The translations under genes were made by a program, and so were the position numbers. Positions 1-11,439 of a DNA stretch of 64,000 nucleotides are shown piece after piece. This stretch comes from Oikopleura dioica. Taxonomy: Eukaryota; Animalia; Chordata. The stretch lies in assembly GCA_907165135.1 (NCBI GenBank), contig OU015567.1, forward strand, positions 14,818,001 through 14,882,000. Direction: 5' to 3'. The notes beneath the pieces were generated by a model. It saw only the letters and a list, made by a program, of their open reading frames with translations, did no database searches and was not told the origin of the DNA. Every line of letters begins with the position of its first letter. The first letter of the stretch is position 1.

Positions 1-940
1 CTCAGCATTCATAGCGGGGCCAAGGATTTGACTTATTCGGAGGTAGTGTGTGGTGAGATACTCAGCGAAGGGTTTGTACAGTTCAAGCGGCAATATTTTT
101 AGGGACTGGTAGCGTGTCTTAATTTTCAGAAAATAGCGTTGAAGGGGGGAAAATGGAACGAACCTTCATACGGACGGATATTTCAGATTTTGAGGTCGAC
201 TTCGGGGTTGTTACTGGAAACCATTTTTCGAAAAATTGACCCGTAGTCAACGAGCTGATCGGTATATTCACAAGTCCTAAAGAGACACTTTCAGGATTAC
301 AAAAAACACGATACAAATTACCGATATAATCTTTATCTTTTCTATGTTTCTTTTTGTCCGATTCGCGATAGATGTGCAAACGAATGGTTTCAATTCTGAT
401 GTCCGGCAGAAATGGAAACTCGAAGTACTCGCCCCACACAATCGACCCAGATTGAATACCGTTTGAGCTGTTTTGGATTTCTTTTACAGACGTTCTACGA
501 AACAAGTATTAACCCAGAAGACTGAGGAGCAAAGCGGCTTACCGCGCGTAGATTTGTTCGTTAAAATGGACTTCTGCATAGTAGCGTCTATTTTTTGTTG
601 GCAGACCTTTCGCTTCAGACACCCAAAGCTCAAGCTGTGTAGCATGGCGGCGCCGGTTATTCCTGTCAGGCGACTTGTTGTTATGGAAGTCTGCCAGCCA
701 GCGTTCCACGTGACCTTGTGACTCGCATTGAAGCTTGTGAATTCCCTGAGATATTGATCGATAGAAAAATCTAGTCATTTACTCAGCACCGACCTTGTGA
801 GGATGAGCTACTTCAATCGTGTAGTTCCGGCCGGATATGATGCTACTGTGCAGTGGCCGAGCGGTCCAGGGCTCCGCAACGGAACATTTGAAATTGTCAG
901 CTTTTGTAAAAACCTCGTTTTCGTCCTGCTCTCGAATCAT
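1..940 (-). CDS. RasGAP of the SynGAP/DAB2IP/RASAL2 family (PH + C2 + start of GAP domain); multi-exon, runs off the left edge
   Basis: Spliced translation: PLHSSIISGRNYTIEV (PH), LELWVSEAKGLPTKNRRYYAEVHFNEQIYARTSVK...IVWGEYFEF...IRLHIYRESDKKK (C2), and KTRYQSLKILPLELYKPFAEYLT near 1-110. These match SynGAP-family motifs, with short GT-AG introns. The ATG at 940 is tentative. Confidence 0.88.
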
Positions 941-1371
941 TTTCTCGCCTCATTTAAGACACCATTCTAAGACAAAAAGACCGCGATATTTTTTGAACCA
1001 TTGCCATCGTTAAACTCCCAGCGAAACAAGCAAATTATTACTCAAAAGAAAGTGTAATTATCCCAAAGAAAAATGAGGTTTCAGGTTATTTTTTAGCGAA
1101 TTTGCATGATGTTTTACAAACTGTACAAATTTTACCAACTCAATCAAGTAAGAACCGTATACATTCAATTAGCCACTTCCATGTTTTTTTAAATGTTTTT
1201 ATTGTATTCGTTTATTTGCTCAGAAAAGCAGAACATGTTTAGTTACAGTAGATTACGAAGCAAAACAAAGGTTTCAAAGTGTTACTTCAAAAGCTCAATT
1301 CTTTGTTCTTCAAGTTGACGAATGTTTGGGCAGGAATGAAACACAACACGGAGGAAATTGGGACGAAGTTG

Positions 1372-3517
1372 TCACAGGAAGAGGACTTGGACTGTTATGT
1401 CGTCACGGTACATTCGACTTTCTTCGGGCGAGTGAGCCAAGCTGCGGCGGACTTCTATCTCGTCATATCCTTAAAAATATAAATATCATTGACGCTTGCG
1501 GAGAGGCCCTACCATCCCATCCTTCTCCAATGGCTCTTCTTATTAACATCGTAGCAGCATTTGCTTCAAAAACTTCTGGATCGCGCTCAAGATACGCTCC
1601 AATAAGGTGAGCAACATCAGCGTGCCCTAGAACGTCCCAAAGACCATCGCTGGCGAGAACGATTGCGCGATCTGTGACGCCAAGGCGATGATAACGAATC
1701 TGAAGGATCGATCTTGATCTCGCTCGAAGAGGAGGAAGTTGATTACCTGAGGTTTTGCAGAGAGGTAAGGCGGTGTTCGGTAAAAAGGTAAAACAAGTTT
1801 GTCTGGCTGACCATCATTGTCCAAATCAAGGTTGCGGTCTTCAATCGAGGTAAGTTCTGATAGCGTCATTTTGAATCTAAGCAATTTTTGAACATGCGAT
1901 TTTCACGAAGAACAAGAATTCACCTGCAGTCGCCAAAAGCGCGAAGAGGGCTCAAATATCCAAGAAGTCGTTGATTTCGTAGCACCGATCGGGATTCGTT
2001 CTTTGGATGATTGGAGAGCACTCGCTGGACTTCGCGCTGATTCTGGCCGCTGTGGACCGAGCTCATTTTCTTCGGGATCCACTTTTTGTCGCCAGCTTGT
2101 TGGATGAGTAGGCCGGCTGCGTCGCCGATGTTTCCTACGTAGAGATGCTGGTTCTGGATATAGGTAAAGCAGGAGACGGCGCCGGATACAGCAGCACGAA
2201 TCATCCACGGATCGCAATCTGGCTCCAGCGCGTCAGAAAGCAAATCCTTGTCCAACTGTACTGCGGCGAGATAAATCGACTCTGTCGGCGAGCGACGTTG
2301 CGTTTCAAGATCGCTGATAAGCTTCTCGCCAAAGTTCATGAGCTTCCTCAAGAAATCAGCGTTGGCGTAGGTGATGGAAAGTGAGGGCTCGTGGGCAGTT
2401 CGGAAAAAGTTCGGGTTCGACTTCGGGGATTAGCGAAATCTAAAGTTCACGTCGCGACAAAGTTAACTGCGCATTATTCAATAGTTTTAAGGTCAATTAA
2501 ATTCGAAAATCCCTCCCGGAAGGGGCTTGTTCGAGTAATAGAGATCAAGCATCTTTTCAATATCTTCGTTTGAGAGACAAGCGAGATGGATGTAGTAAAA
2601 CAGACGTTCAGATGCAAGCTGAAGGCGCAGTTAATATCAGCTAAAGCGAGGAAGTGGATGGAAAAGTTTTTAAAAGGTTAACCTTACTACGCTAAGTAGT
2701 GCATTTGCGTTACCGGAGCGCTCAGTCCTTCGAATAATTAAGAAAAAATTAGTCTGTTCTATCGACTTTTAATTCAGTAGTGACTTACTTGAGCGCACCA
2801 CGGACCAGCATGACCATCGAACACGCCGCTCATGATTGAATGTCCATTTGCCGAGCGGGATTGACATAACGATCGGCTAAGCGTTCAGTAAGAATCATCA
2901 ATCGCAAACAGTTTTCATTACGCAACACTGTTTGAGTGTGTGAACTTTTGTTTCACCTCGTTTTCGTTCAAAATTTGAACTCACCGATCCTCAGTTGGAT
3001 TGTTCGAAGGGAGAAGATTTGAGTGGACTTGTCGAACGCGGCTATTTCGCGAGTTGAAATTGACGATTTGCTCGCGCAGGCCGAGAATTGACTGTACTTC
3101 TTCGGGCGATACTTCTGGTTTTGAACATCTTTCCTAGGAGAATATTAAAATATAAGACCTTTGCAAGAGAATATAACATGAGAGCGTCTTGAAATTTGCG
3201 GAAGCTTCTTTGGTGGGGTAGCTTCTTAATTAAAATTCAATTATGTTCTTTAATTGAGATGGGAGGAAGTCGTTCAGTGGGATTAAGATCTACCCAAATC
3301 TAAGTACAAGACTTCACCGAGCGTTATCTTTATGTAAAGTTTTCGCACAGAGAGGTTTGGTTATTGGGTACATTCTTATCTCACTGAAAAACTTCCTGTT
3401 ATCTCGAGTGTTGAACAATAATTGAACTTTATAATTAGACCTAAGAGTCCGCGTTATCAACTCTTTCAAGTAGAATGAACGATTTCCTGCAAGAAAAATT
3501 TCTAGCACCCTAGCCAT
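1372..3517 (-). CDS. PDP1: Pyruvate dehydrogenase phosphatase catalytic subunit (PP2C family), multi-exon
   Basis: Motifs LLPSNNPTEDR, GVFDGHAG, LYVGNIGD, RLLGYLSPLRAFGD, NAATMLIRRAIG and C-terminal EESRMYRDDITVQV (TGA at 1372-1374). The 5' exon at 3314-3517 is a tentative transit-peptide-like sequence. Confidence 0.88.
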
Positions 3518-4499
3518 AAAAATTGTGATTCTCGGCGAAGTAGGTGGCGCAGCGTCATAGCTTTTTCAAACCGATTTCTTTTTGATAGACATTCTGTCCA
3601 ATAAAGGTCTAGAAAAGCCGCTTTTCTAGCTATTATATTCTAAATTAGGAAACCTGTTTTCGAGTTTTTTTTTCATTTTTACGAGGCGCTTAATCTACTG
3701 CCCTAATTTCTACTTACGAGTCTTGTTTGTTCGGCAAAGCCGGAGATTCTTCGCAGTTGTTGAAAATGGCTGGTCTTGAGTGCTCTTTGCATTCAACTCC
3801 TTCGGTCGCTACTTTCTTATTTCTCGATAAAGCGGCTCTTTCAAGCCATAATCTTCTGATTCGATCTCTGTTGTCCAAAAGGAAGTTCGGTTATGCAATT
3901 GGGTTTTTCTCTAGCCACACCTCTTGAGCTATTCTAGGGTCAGCGAGGAGTTTATAATCAATAATTTCTAGCTCGTTTCAAATCCAAAGAGCTTTTTATA
4001 CGATTATTGCTCAAGAAATTGGAAATTAAAAAAATTCTTCTTGCAAAATTGATATTTTTCTCCTTGAAAATACAAAAATGCAATAATTGTTCTCAGACCC
4101 TAGCTTTGTGGGCGTTGCTAAAGCACTCTGTAATGGTATCTCTCTGTAGGTGTCCAGAATCAGCACAGTCACAGTGCGAAAATCGCGAATAGGCGATTGT
4201 TCTTACGATAACGAAGCGAAGCAGCTTTTTCTGAATTCGTAAATTTAGACTCTTTTTTATTCCGGCCGTAAAAGTGAAAAGTAGGGCGGTTGACTTCTGT
4301 TGAATCAGTCTGAAAAAGAACCAAAAGAACACAAATAGCAAAATAGAAAAGTCTGTAAAAAGGGTCGAATGAGAATTCTGCCATCGAAGCGCGGCTGAAC
4401 TTCTTTTGTGTATTCATGGCGCCCACGATATTCCAAGATTCCAAAAAAGGAATCTACTCCACCGGATCCAAAGAGGATAAACCTTTTCTTTTTGCATCG

Positions 4500-4673
4500 A
4501 GAACGGCAACCTGTGTAGACAAGCTGAGTCAGGGTCTGAAAGATCTTTAGTGATAAGCCGCAAGCGGCTTTATTAAAAACGAAGCCGTAATTATAAAATA
4601 GACTGAAGTGGTAATATTCTAATTTAAGATCTCTCAGACCCTGACTCAGGTTTTCAACACAGATTTCCAAACC
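4500..4673. mobile_element. MITE family A copy (degenerate)
   Basis: Inverted arms ggcaacctgtgtag...ctgagtcagggtctgaaagatct / agatctctcagaccctgactcagg, with an aagccgcaagcggctt core as in the 35-51 kb copies. Confidence 0.8.
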
Positions 4674-5020
4674 CATGTAAGAAAATTTTCATTTTTTGAA
4701 ATAAAAGTTATTCTGAAATGATTTTCTCTATAAACGCTTCAAAGAAGTTTTTAGGAAATGTTTCATTTTAGGAAAGTCGCGACTAATTAAAGAAAATCCT
4801 CGAGATATTGGATGAATGTTTCGGAGCGTTGCGAAGTGGTTCGAACGGACGAAACGAACCAATCAGCGCTAGTCTCTCGCGCTGAGCGACCGATGACGGG
4901 AAAAATGGATTTTCCTTTTTTCGCACTTTTGTTTCGCCGCCCAGATTTGGTTTTAGAGAAACTGCACGCGTGTTTCTTCCTTCATTGTTTTGATATTTAC
5001 GAATTCTTTTTTTAGATAAA

Positions 5021-7150
5021 ATGGGAGATTTCGGTCAAAATCCGATGGCAAACCAAGGATCGGGCTGGTCCGCGCCCAAAGCAATGGGAGGAGGCGGCGG
5101 TCCTCCGGTAATTTTGCTTTTTATGACTATATAACGACTTCTCTAGCCATTTATGAACGGTCCTCCTGGAGGTGGAGGCTTTGGCGGCCCTCCAGGCGGC
5201 GGAGGATTTGGCGGTCCACCAAGAGGAGGCGGCTTTGGAGGTCCTAGAGGGGGTGGCTTCGGCGGACCCCCGAGAGGAGGAGGCTTCGGGGGCGGCTTTG
5301 GAGGTCCTCCCGGTGGATTCAACGGAGGGGGCGGCTTTGGCGGCGGCGGTGGCTTCCGAGGTGGTTTTCGGGGTCGCGGCCGTGGCCGAGGAAAGCCAGC
5401 TCCAACTAATGTCGGTGAGTTACGCTTTTCCGCTTTCCCGCGGTTGATCAAATATTTAGTGAAAAAACGAAAAGGGTACAAGGGAGCGGCGCAAAAGCAA
5501 AAAGAACCCGCCAAGCCATCAAGACAGCTTTTCGTCCGCCCAATTGAAAATGGCACTAAGTAAAAACAGAAACATAGAGGAAAAGGTAGTAACGATTGTT
5601 CTAGGGTCTCGGAAGTGCGCGACTACTTCCAAGTTTTCGGAGAGCTGCGCGACGTTTACCTGCCAAAGGACTACTATACAAAAGAGATGAAAGGCGTAGC
5701 TTACGTCGAGTGAGTTTAAAAACATTCGTAACAGTACTTGTAAACAGTAACAGTGTCTTGTCAGCAACTGACCGCTAGAATGACTCACAAACGATCAAAA
5801 AATGAAAGAGTAACAGCTTTTTTCGCTCAGAATAATTCAAAGGGCCTCAATTTTGCCAACAAAAATAAGACCTCAGGATACAGACCAGAAAGTTTTCCTC
5901 CCAGACGAGAAAAAAAGCTCAGGATTGATAACACATAAACTTGAAAAATTAAGTCATTTGAGAAAGAAAAGAATGTGTGAAAGACATCATCAGAGACCTT
6001 TGAATCGGTGTGTCTTTTAATGATCACTTCTAAGACTACTTTCACTCATCCGTCTGCTTATGAGTCCGTTCCTGCGTCAAAGATTCACTTTTATTAGAAT
6101 TACTTTTCTAATTGGGACTTCCTGTTAGCTCTTAGTTGTATGCCAGTAGCAGAGCTGCTAAAAAAGATACGCCTGCATAAACAAAAGCAATCTTGTTAAA
6201 AATTTCAAGCCATGGTCATTAAAATAGCTTTCCTAAACTTTAAACCTAACCGATTCCAAAAGGTATAAGGAGCAAGAAGACGCCGAAGAAGCCCAAGCCG
6301 CCATGGACGGGTGCGAATTTAACGGCAAAAATATCTCAGTCACTTTCGCTCAGGGCGACAGAAAATGTAACTAGTAGATCATGAATCTTAATTTTAAAAA
6401 CATGAAAAATAGCGAAAGAAACGATGGCGACAGGAGTGTACGCTACTAACATGGAAATTGAAATGCTCAAAAAAGAGCTCGCCAAAGAACAGGAGAGACT
6501 ATCGAAGGCGGCAAGAGGAGAACGGATTTCTCCACCAAGGGTACGGAAATATTTTACAATCACCATGGCGCTAGCTTGATGCTTGTGTAGTTCGCCGAAT
6601 TGGACGACAATGGAGCTCCCATTGTCAAGCCAATGGTCAAAGATGATAGAGACAGAAGGAGAGGCGATCGGCGAGATCGGGACAGGCGAAGAAGAAGTCG
6701 AAGTAGAAGCCCTAGACGAGGCCTTGGCGGAGGACGCGATAGAGGACCAAGAGACGATGACGATGATTGCCCAGAGTTCAGAAAGCGTCCTGTAAGTAAT
6801 CCTCGAAAGAAACAAATCCTTACCTCTTTTAGGAATCCGATAAGGTAGATGATCATTGCCGTGCAGCAAAATTTGCTGATATCCGGCAATCAGATTAGTC
6901 TTTAGAATTTCTATTGCCTGTAAATTTTTGATATTCTGACGAGATCTTTGTTTAGGATAAAATAGATGATTGTCCAGAGTTCGCAGGTCGCCCTGGCCGA
7001 GACGATCGAAGTCGAAGCCGTCGAAGTAGCAGGGAGCCAAGAAGTAGTCGAGGTGATCGTGACGATCGACGTGACCGTGATAGGGATCGAGATAGTCGTC
7101 GTCGAGATAGAAGCCGAAGCCGAGAGAGGCGAAGATCTCGCGACAGGTGA
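5021..7150 (+). CDS. SRSF10: SR splicing factor, SRSF10/SRSF12-like: N-terminal Gly/Pro/Phe + RGG region, RRM, RS/RD tail
   Basis: Spliced RRM: LFVRPIENGTK..EVRDYFQVFGELRDVYLPKDYYTKEMKGVAYVEY..EDAEEA...ISVTFAQGDRK (FAQGDRK is an SRSF10/12 hallmark). RS/RD repeats at 6640-7150; TGA at 7148-7150. Confidence 0.78.
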
Positions 7151-7417
7151 TTTAACATTTTATATCCCCCGATCTCGAACTCTCTTCTAGACGCTGAAAT
7201 TGCATCTTGATTTGGTAAAAAGAAGGAACCGACTATTTCGACTTTCATCGCGTGATCCTCCTCTCTGCCACCTTGATCCTCAACCCTACCCAACTTATGA
7301 TCGCCGATGGAATACTTTTTCTGTCCCCACTTTTCGTTTATGTAATAACTCATTCAAAACAGCTTATTGTCAGCTCCATTTATTGTGAAACATTTATTTA
7401 TAATAAATCTATTTTCT

Positions 7418-9236
7418 TCAGTCAACATGTGCGTCGATATGATCTTTTACGATGTTCCAAATTGTACCGTCGGTAATTTTGAGCGCGACAGCTTCGATAT
7501 CAGTTGACAGAACCCGATCAGTTGTCATGAATTGTGCGCTGCTTCGTACGCAGGCGTGTACCTTCTCCAAAATTGGCGTTGATGTTAGAGGTCGACGTAG
7601 GTCAACGGCTTGACAAGCGCAAAGAAGCTCAATCGCCTTAATGAGAATAGTTTGTTTAATAATCAGATGAGGGGTGTTACCAAGATTCGCTCGACATTTT
7701 CAACGACCGTAAGGGCCTTCCGCGCTGCCCAGCCGCTCATGCTGACGTGATCTTCGTAGCCAGCACATGTAGCAATTGTGTCGACTGAAGCTGGGTGGCA
7801 GAGCGTTTTGTTTTCTGAGACAAGCGCCGAAGCTGTAACTTGGCCGATCATGAAGCCAGAATTGATGCCCCCTAAATCATTGTCAATTAAAATCGTCGAG
7901 GTAAAAAGCTGAACCTGTAGGAGTCAAGAAAGCAGGGAGCTCAGAACACGCTGGATTGAGAAGACGCTCGATACGCCGCTCGCCCATATTGCCAATTTCG
8001 TGAACGCCGATTGCCAAATAATCAAGCGCCTTTGAAATATATCCTCCGTGAAAGTTCCCGCAAGTAGTAGTCGTATTTTGGTCGACGAGAACCATCGGAT
8101 TGTCTTGTGAGCTATCCAATTCGTTTTCAATCAGCTCCGTGGCGAATTCAACGACGTCGTTGCTAATTCCGTGAACTTGGGGAATGCATCGCAGTGTGTA
8201 TGGATCCTTAATTATTCAATACTGAAGCCTTTGTTGCTTAACATTTGCGTACCTGAACACGAGTAACCGCCCAAGACTGGCCGATTTCCGACTTCTGGTG
8301 TTGGTTGTTCAACAACGATCGAATCTTCCGTGCGACTTTGATCTGCCCTTTGTGCGGCCGTGCATTGTGGATGTCCGGATCGAAGGCATCTGTAGTCCCA
8401 ACAAGGCCTTCGATCGTCATTGCAGCGACTACAGAAAAGCTTGAGTGGTTATGTAAAGACGTTATGTAAAAAGCGGTAAAATCGCTCATAAAATCATAGT
8501 TCAACAAGTGCCAGTTTTTACAACTTACCAACATCAGCTACATTTACGATCATATTGGCTCGATGGGCCGCTTCTGCGCCAAGAGCAGCTGCAAATGCAT
8601 TTCCCGAAATCATTGAAATGGCGTCTTTAGGCTTCAACTGCAAATTCTCAAGCTCATTTCGACCAAGAACCACACTTGCACTCGCTTCTTCCGAAAAACT
8701 ATCCCCGCTCCACATTTTACCTTCGCCTAGGAGCCCCAAAGTCATGTGGGATAGCTGTGCCAAGTCGTGGGCCCCGACTGAACCTCGCTCGGGAATGATG
8801 GGAAGGCAGTTTTTGTTGAGAGCGGCCAGAAGAGACTCGACTGTACTGCGACTGACACCGGAGTATCCTCCAGCAAAGTAATTGAGTCTCACTGCCATCA
8901 ACGCTCGCGTGCGCGCCGCAGAGATTGGATTTCCAGTTCCAACGCAATGCGATCGGATCAAGTTCTCGTTCAGCTCGATCAAGTTGTCCTCCGAGATGAC
9001 CACATTTCCAAGCTGAGTGCCGATCCCTGTGTTGACAGCGTACTTCGTTCTCCCTGAGCTGAGAATTTCATCTACAACAGCTCGAGACTCATCAATTCGT
9101 TTCCACGCATCTTCAGAAAGCTCAACTTTCTCGTTGAAATCCTATTCATTATAAGTTCGATTTCTAGACCTCGCCTGTTTACCTGGATTTTGAGAATGGT
9201 CTCACTATTCAGAGATTTTCCGTTTAGTTGAACCAT
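7418..9236 (-). CDS. HAL: Histidine ammonia-lyase homolog lacking the MIO-forming Ala-Ser-Gly motif
   Basis: Colinear with animal HAL: [72 protein letters not shown]. The active-site loop reads [13 protein letters not shown] instead of GTVGASGDLAPLSH. Confidence 0.9.
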
Positions 9237-9409
9237 CTTTTCATCAAATTCTCTCTATTTTTCTATTGACGTTAGTTTTCTAAGTTGTCCAAGTTGAAAT
9301 TTCCCCGCCCAGAAAAAACGGCAATAAATTTCGACTCTTCGCCACGCCTATTTCACGCGACGGGCTTTATTGATGAAAATATTTTGATTATAAAAATTAC
9401 TGTTTTAGA

Positions 9410-11114
9410 ATGGCGGAATTCGAAGGAGGAGGACCATCTCCAGTTGCAGAGACAGTGTTTACAGTTCTCCCCAGTGCCCGAAAGATATGTGGTCTTCTCG
9501 ACAGCATCTTGAATATTTACGATCCGGTTCTTGCTGGTCACTGTTCAGCGCCAGTTAGCCAACCGAAACCGCCAACTGCACCTGTAAGTCTCAGTGTTGG
9601 CAATCTCAAATTATGTTTGTTTCTAGCTCAATCCTCCTCCCATGCTTCTCAAAGATCTGGATCAATCCAACTCAATGTTGGAGCCACAAGCGATTGATGG
9701 CTTGAAGATGGGCGTCAACTGCCAGCTTAATGATCGCATCGGAGCGTCGACCAACTTTCAATACGGAAGTGGAATGCCTATGTTTGGCGTGCCTGGGCTC
9801 AAGTTTGAGGTGCAGAAGAAACTCTAAACGGATGAACATTATTAATTGTTTCTTTAGAAAACTTTGAGCTGGATGGGCAACGACTTCGTCAATTACGAAG
9901 GTCAGCTTGCCCCAAATTTGCAAGTGATGATTGGACCCTTCAACTACGGCGATCTCGTTAAGGTAATCTGATTCGCACGGGGTTAGTTCTGTAATTTTGA
10001 TGATATTTAGGGTGATCTTGGAGGCATGCAGCTGGTCAAACACGGTCGAAACTCACAACTCGTTCTTATGAACCAAGGAAACTACCAGCAGTGGAAGCTC
10101 ATGGTTCTGGCGCACAAGCAGACCATCCAAGCGGGTCCCCTCAATATGAAACGTATGAAAATTGCATGATTGAACATCTCAAACCGATTTTAGTGAACTC
10201 GACGCTGCAATCACCTGGTGGTCTCGGCGGAATCTACGGTGGTCAGTGTATGGCGGAGATTGAAGCTGCTGCTAATGTTGGCAGCTTCCGAGGAATGAAC
10301 GTCCACATTGGTGGTTCGATGGGAACTCAGATTCCTGCATACGATGGTAATAAGATGAGCTATCTCACTGGTCCTCTCACGGTAAGCTTGATGTTAACGC
10401 TCTGTACTGAAAGTATTTTAGGCCGCTGTCGGAGCTGCTGTGTCAACTTCTCCGTACATTATCTTCCAGAAGATGCCCAGCCCTTACCAACAGTGTCACG
10501 CTTTCGATACAAACGACACTATCGCTTTACGATGGAGCCGAGCGGAGAACAAGGCGAAAATCACGATTTCGTCAACTCCAGCTGGCGATGGAATGGCCAT
10601 CTCTCAGGCCATCAAGTCGCCTCATTATTTGAAGGAAGTTCCGAAGTAAGATTACTCTTCGTTGCCAAATTCTTAAAAACTCTTTCTAGGGCGGAAAGGA
10701 TGGAGTTGAATCAGTGGGCCAACTCTGAGAGACACGGCTACATGCTCAACTGTGAATATGATTATTCAGCTCATCTTGTAAGTACAGATGAATGTTCTCC
10801 TATCAATTAAAATCTCAGATGAATTACTCCGTGGCGTGGCAAACGAAGTTTTTCAACAATAAGTCCGGCATCAAGGTCGGTCTTGAAGGCAAACCCGGGG
10901 AAATTATCCCAAGCTCGATTAAAGGTAGTGGACTCGCCTAACAGACGTAAATTAAAAAATGCTTTTAGCGACGCTTTCGGACAATATGATGTTTAAATCT
11001 TCTGGCAAACCTGAAGACGCATCCCCTCTTACTTTAGATTTATCTATTGCCTACGAAGCGTCCGAAACTCCGAAGGCGCCCAAGATCGGCCTCGCTCTCA
11101 ATGTCGAGCTCTAG
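9410..11114 (+). CDS. TOM40-like / eukaryotic porin beta-barrel protein (divergent), multi-exon
   Basis: LNPPPM...LEPQAIDGLKMGVNCQLNDRIGASTNFQYG resembles the TOM40 first strands. Alternating amphipathic strands and C-terminal KIGLALNVEL* fit a porin-3 barrel. GT-AG introns join in frame. Confidence 0.55.
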
Positions 11115-11439
11115 GAAATTAATTTATTTTGTGTCTCCTGTATTTATAGTGTAATTGAAATGATACTCGATTGTTATTTGAATGAAAAAAAAAACTTCAA
11201 TCCTTTGCCACCTGACCACCTTTTATTTATTGACTCTACCTCCCGGAAAGATCTAATTTATTTTTTGCTTCCTTCAATGCTTGCTCTTCCGGGCGGAGGA
11301 GAGATCCACTCTCATGAGTGCCTAATTCATGACTGCCACTGTAATTGATCGTAAAATTACACGCATAGGCAAGAAATTTTCGTAGAGTTGCGTTCTTGAT
11401 GGGAGCTCAACTTGGTTTTTCATTGTTTATTTTCCACTG

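Noticed and set aside
3700-4444. Small secreted or TM gene or neuropeptide precursor
   Set aside because: A hydrophobic ORF exists, but no consistent exon chain or family motif was found.
5143-7353. Pro-rich and Leu/Ser-rich antisense ORFs
   Set aside because: Reverse-strand shadows of the Gly-rich and RS regions.
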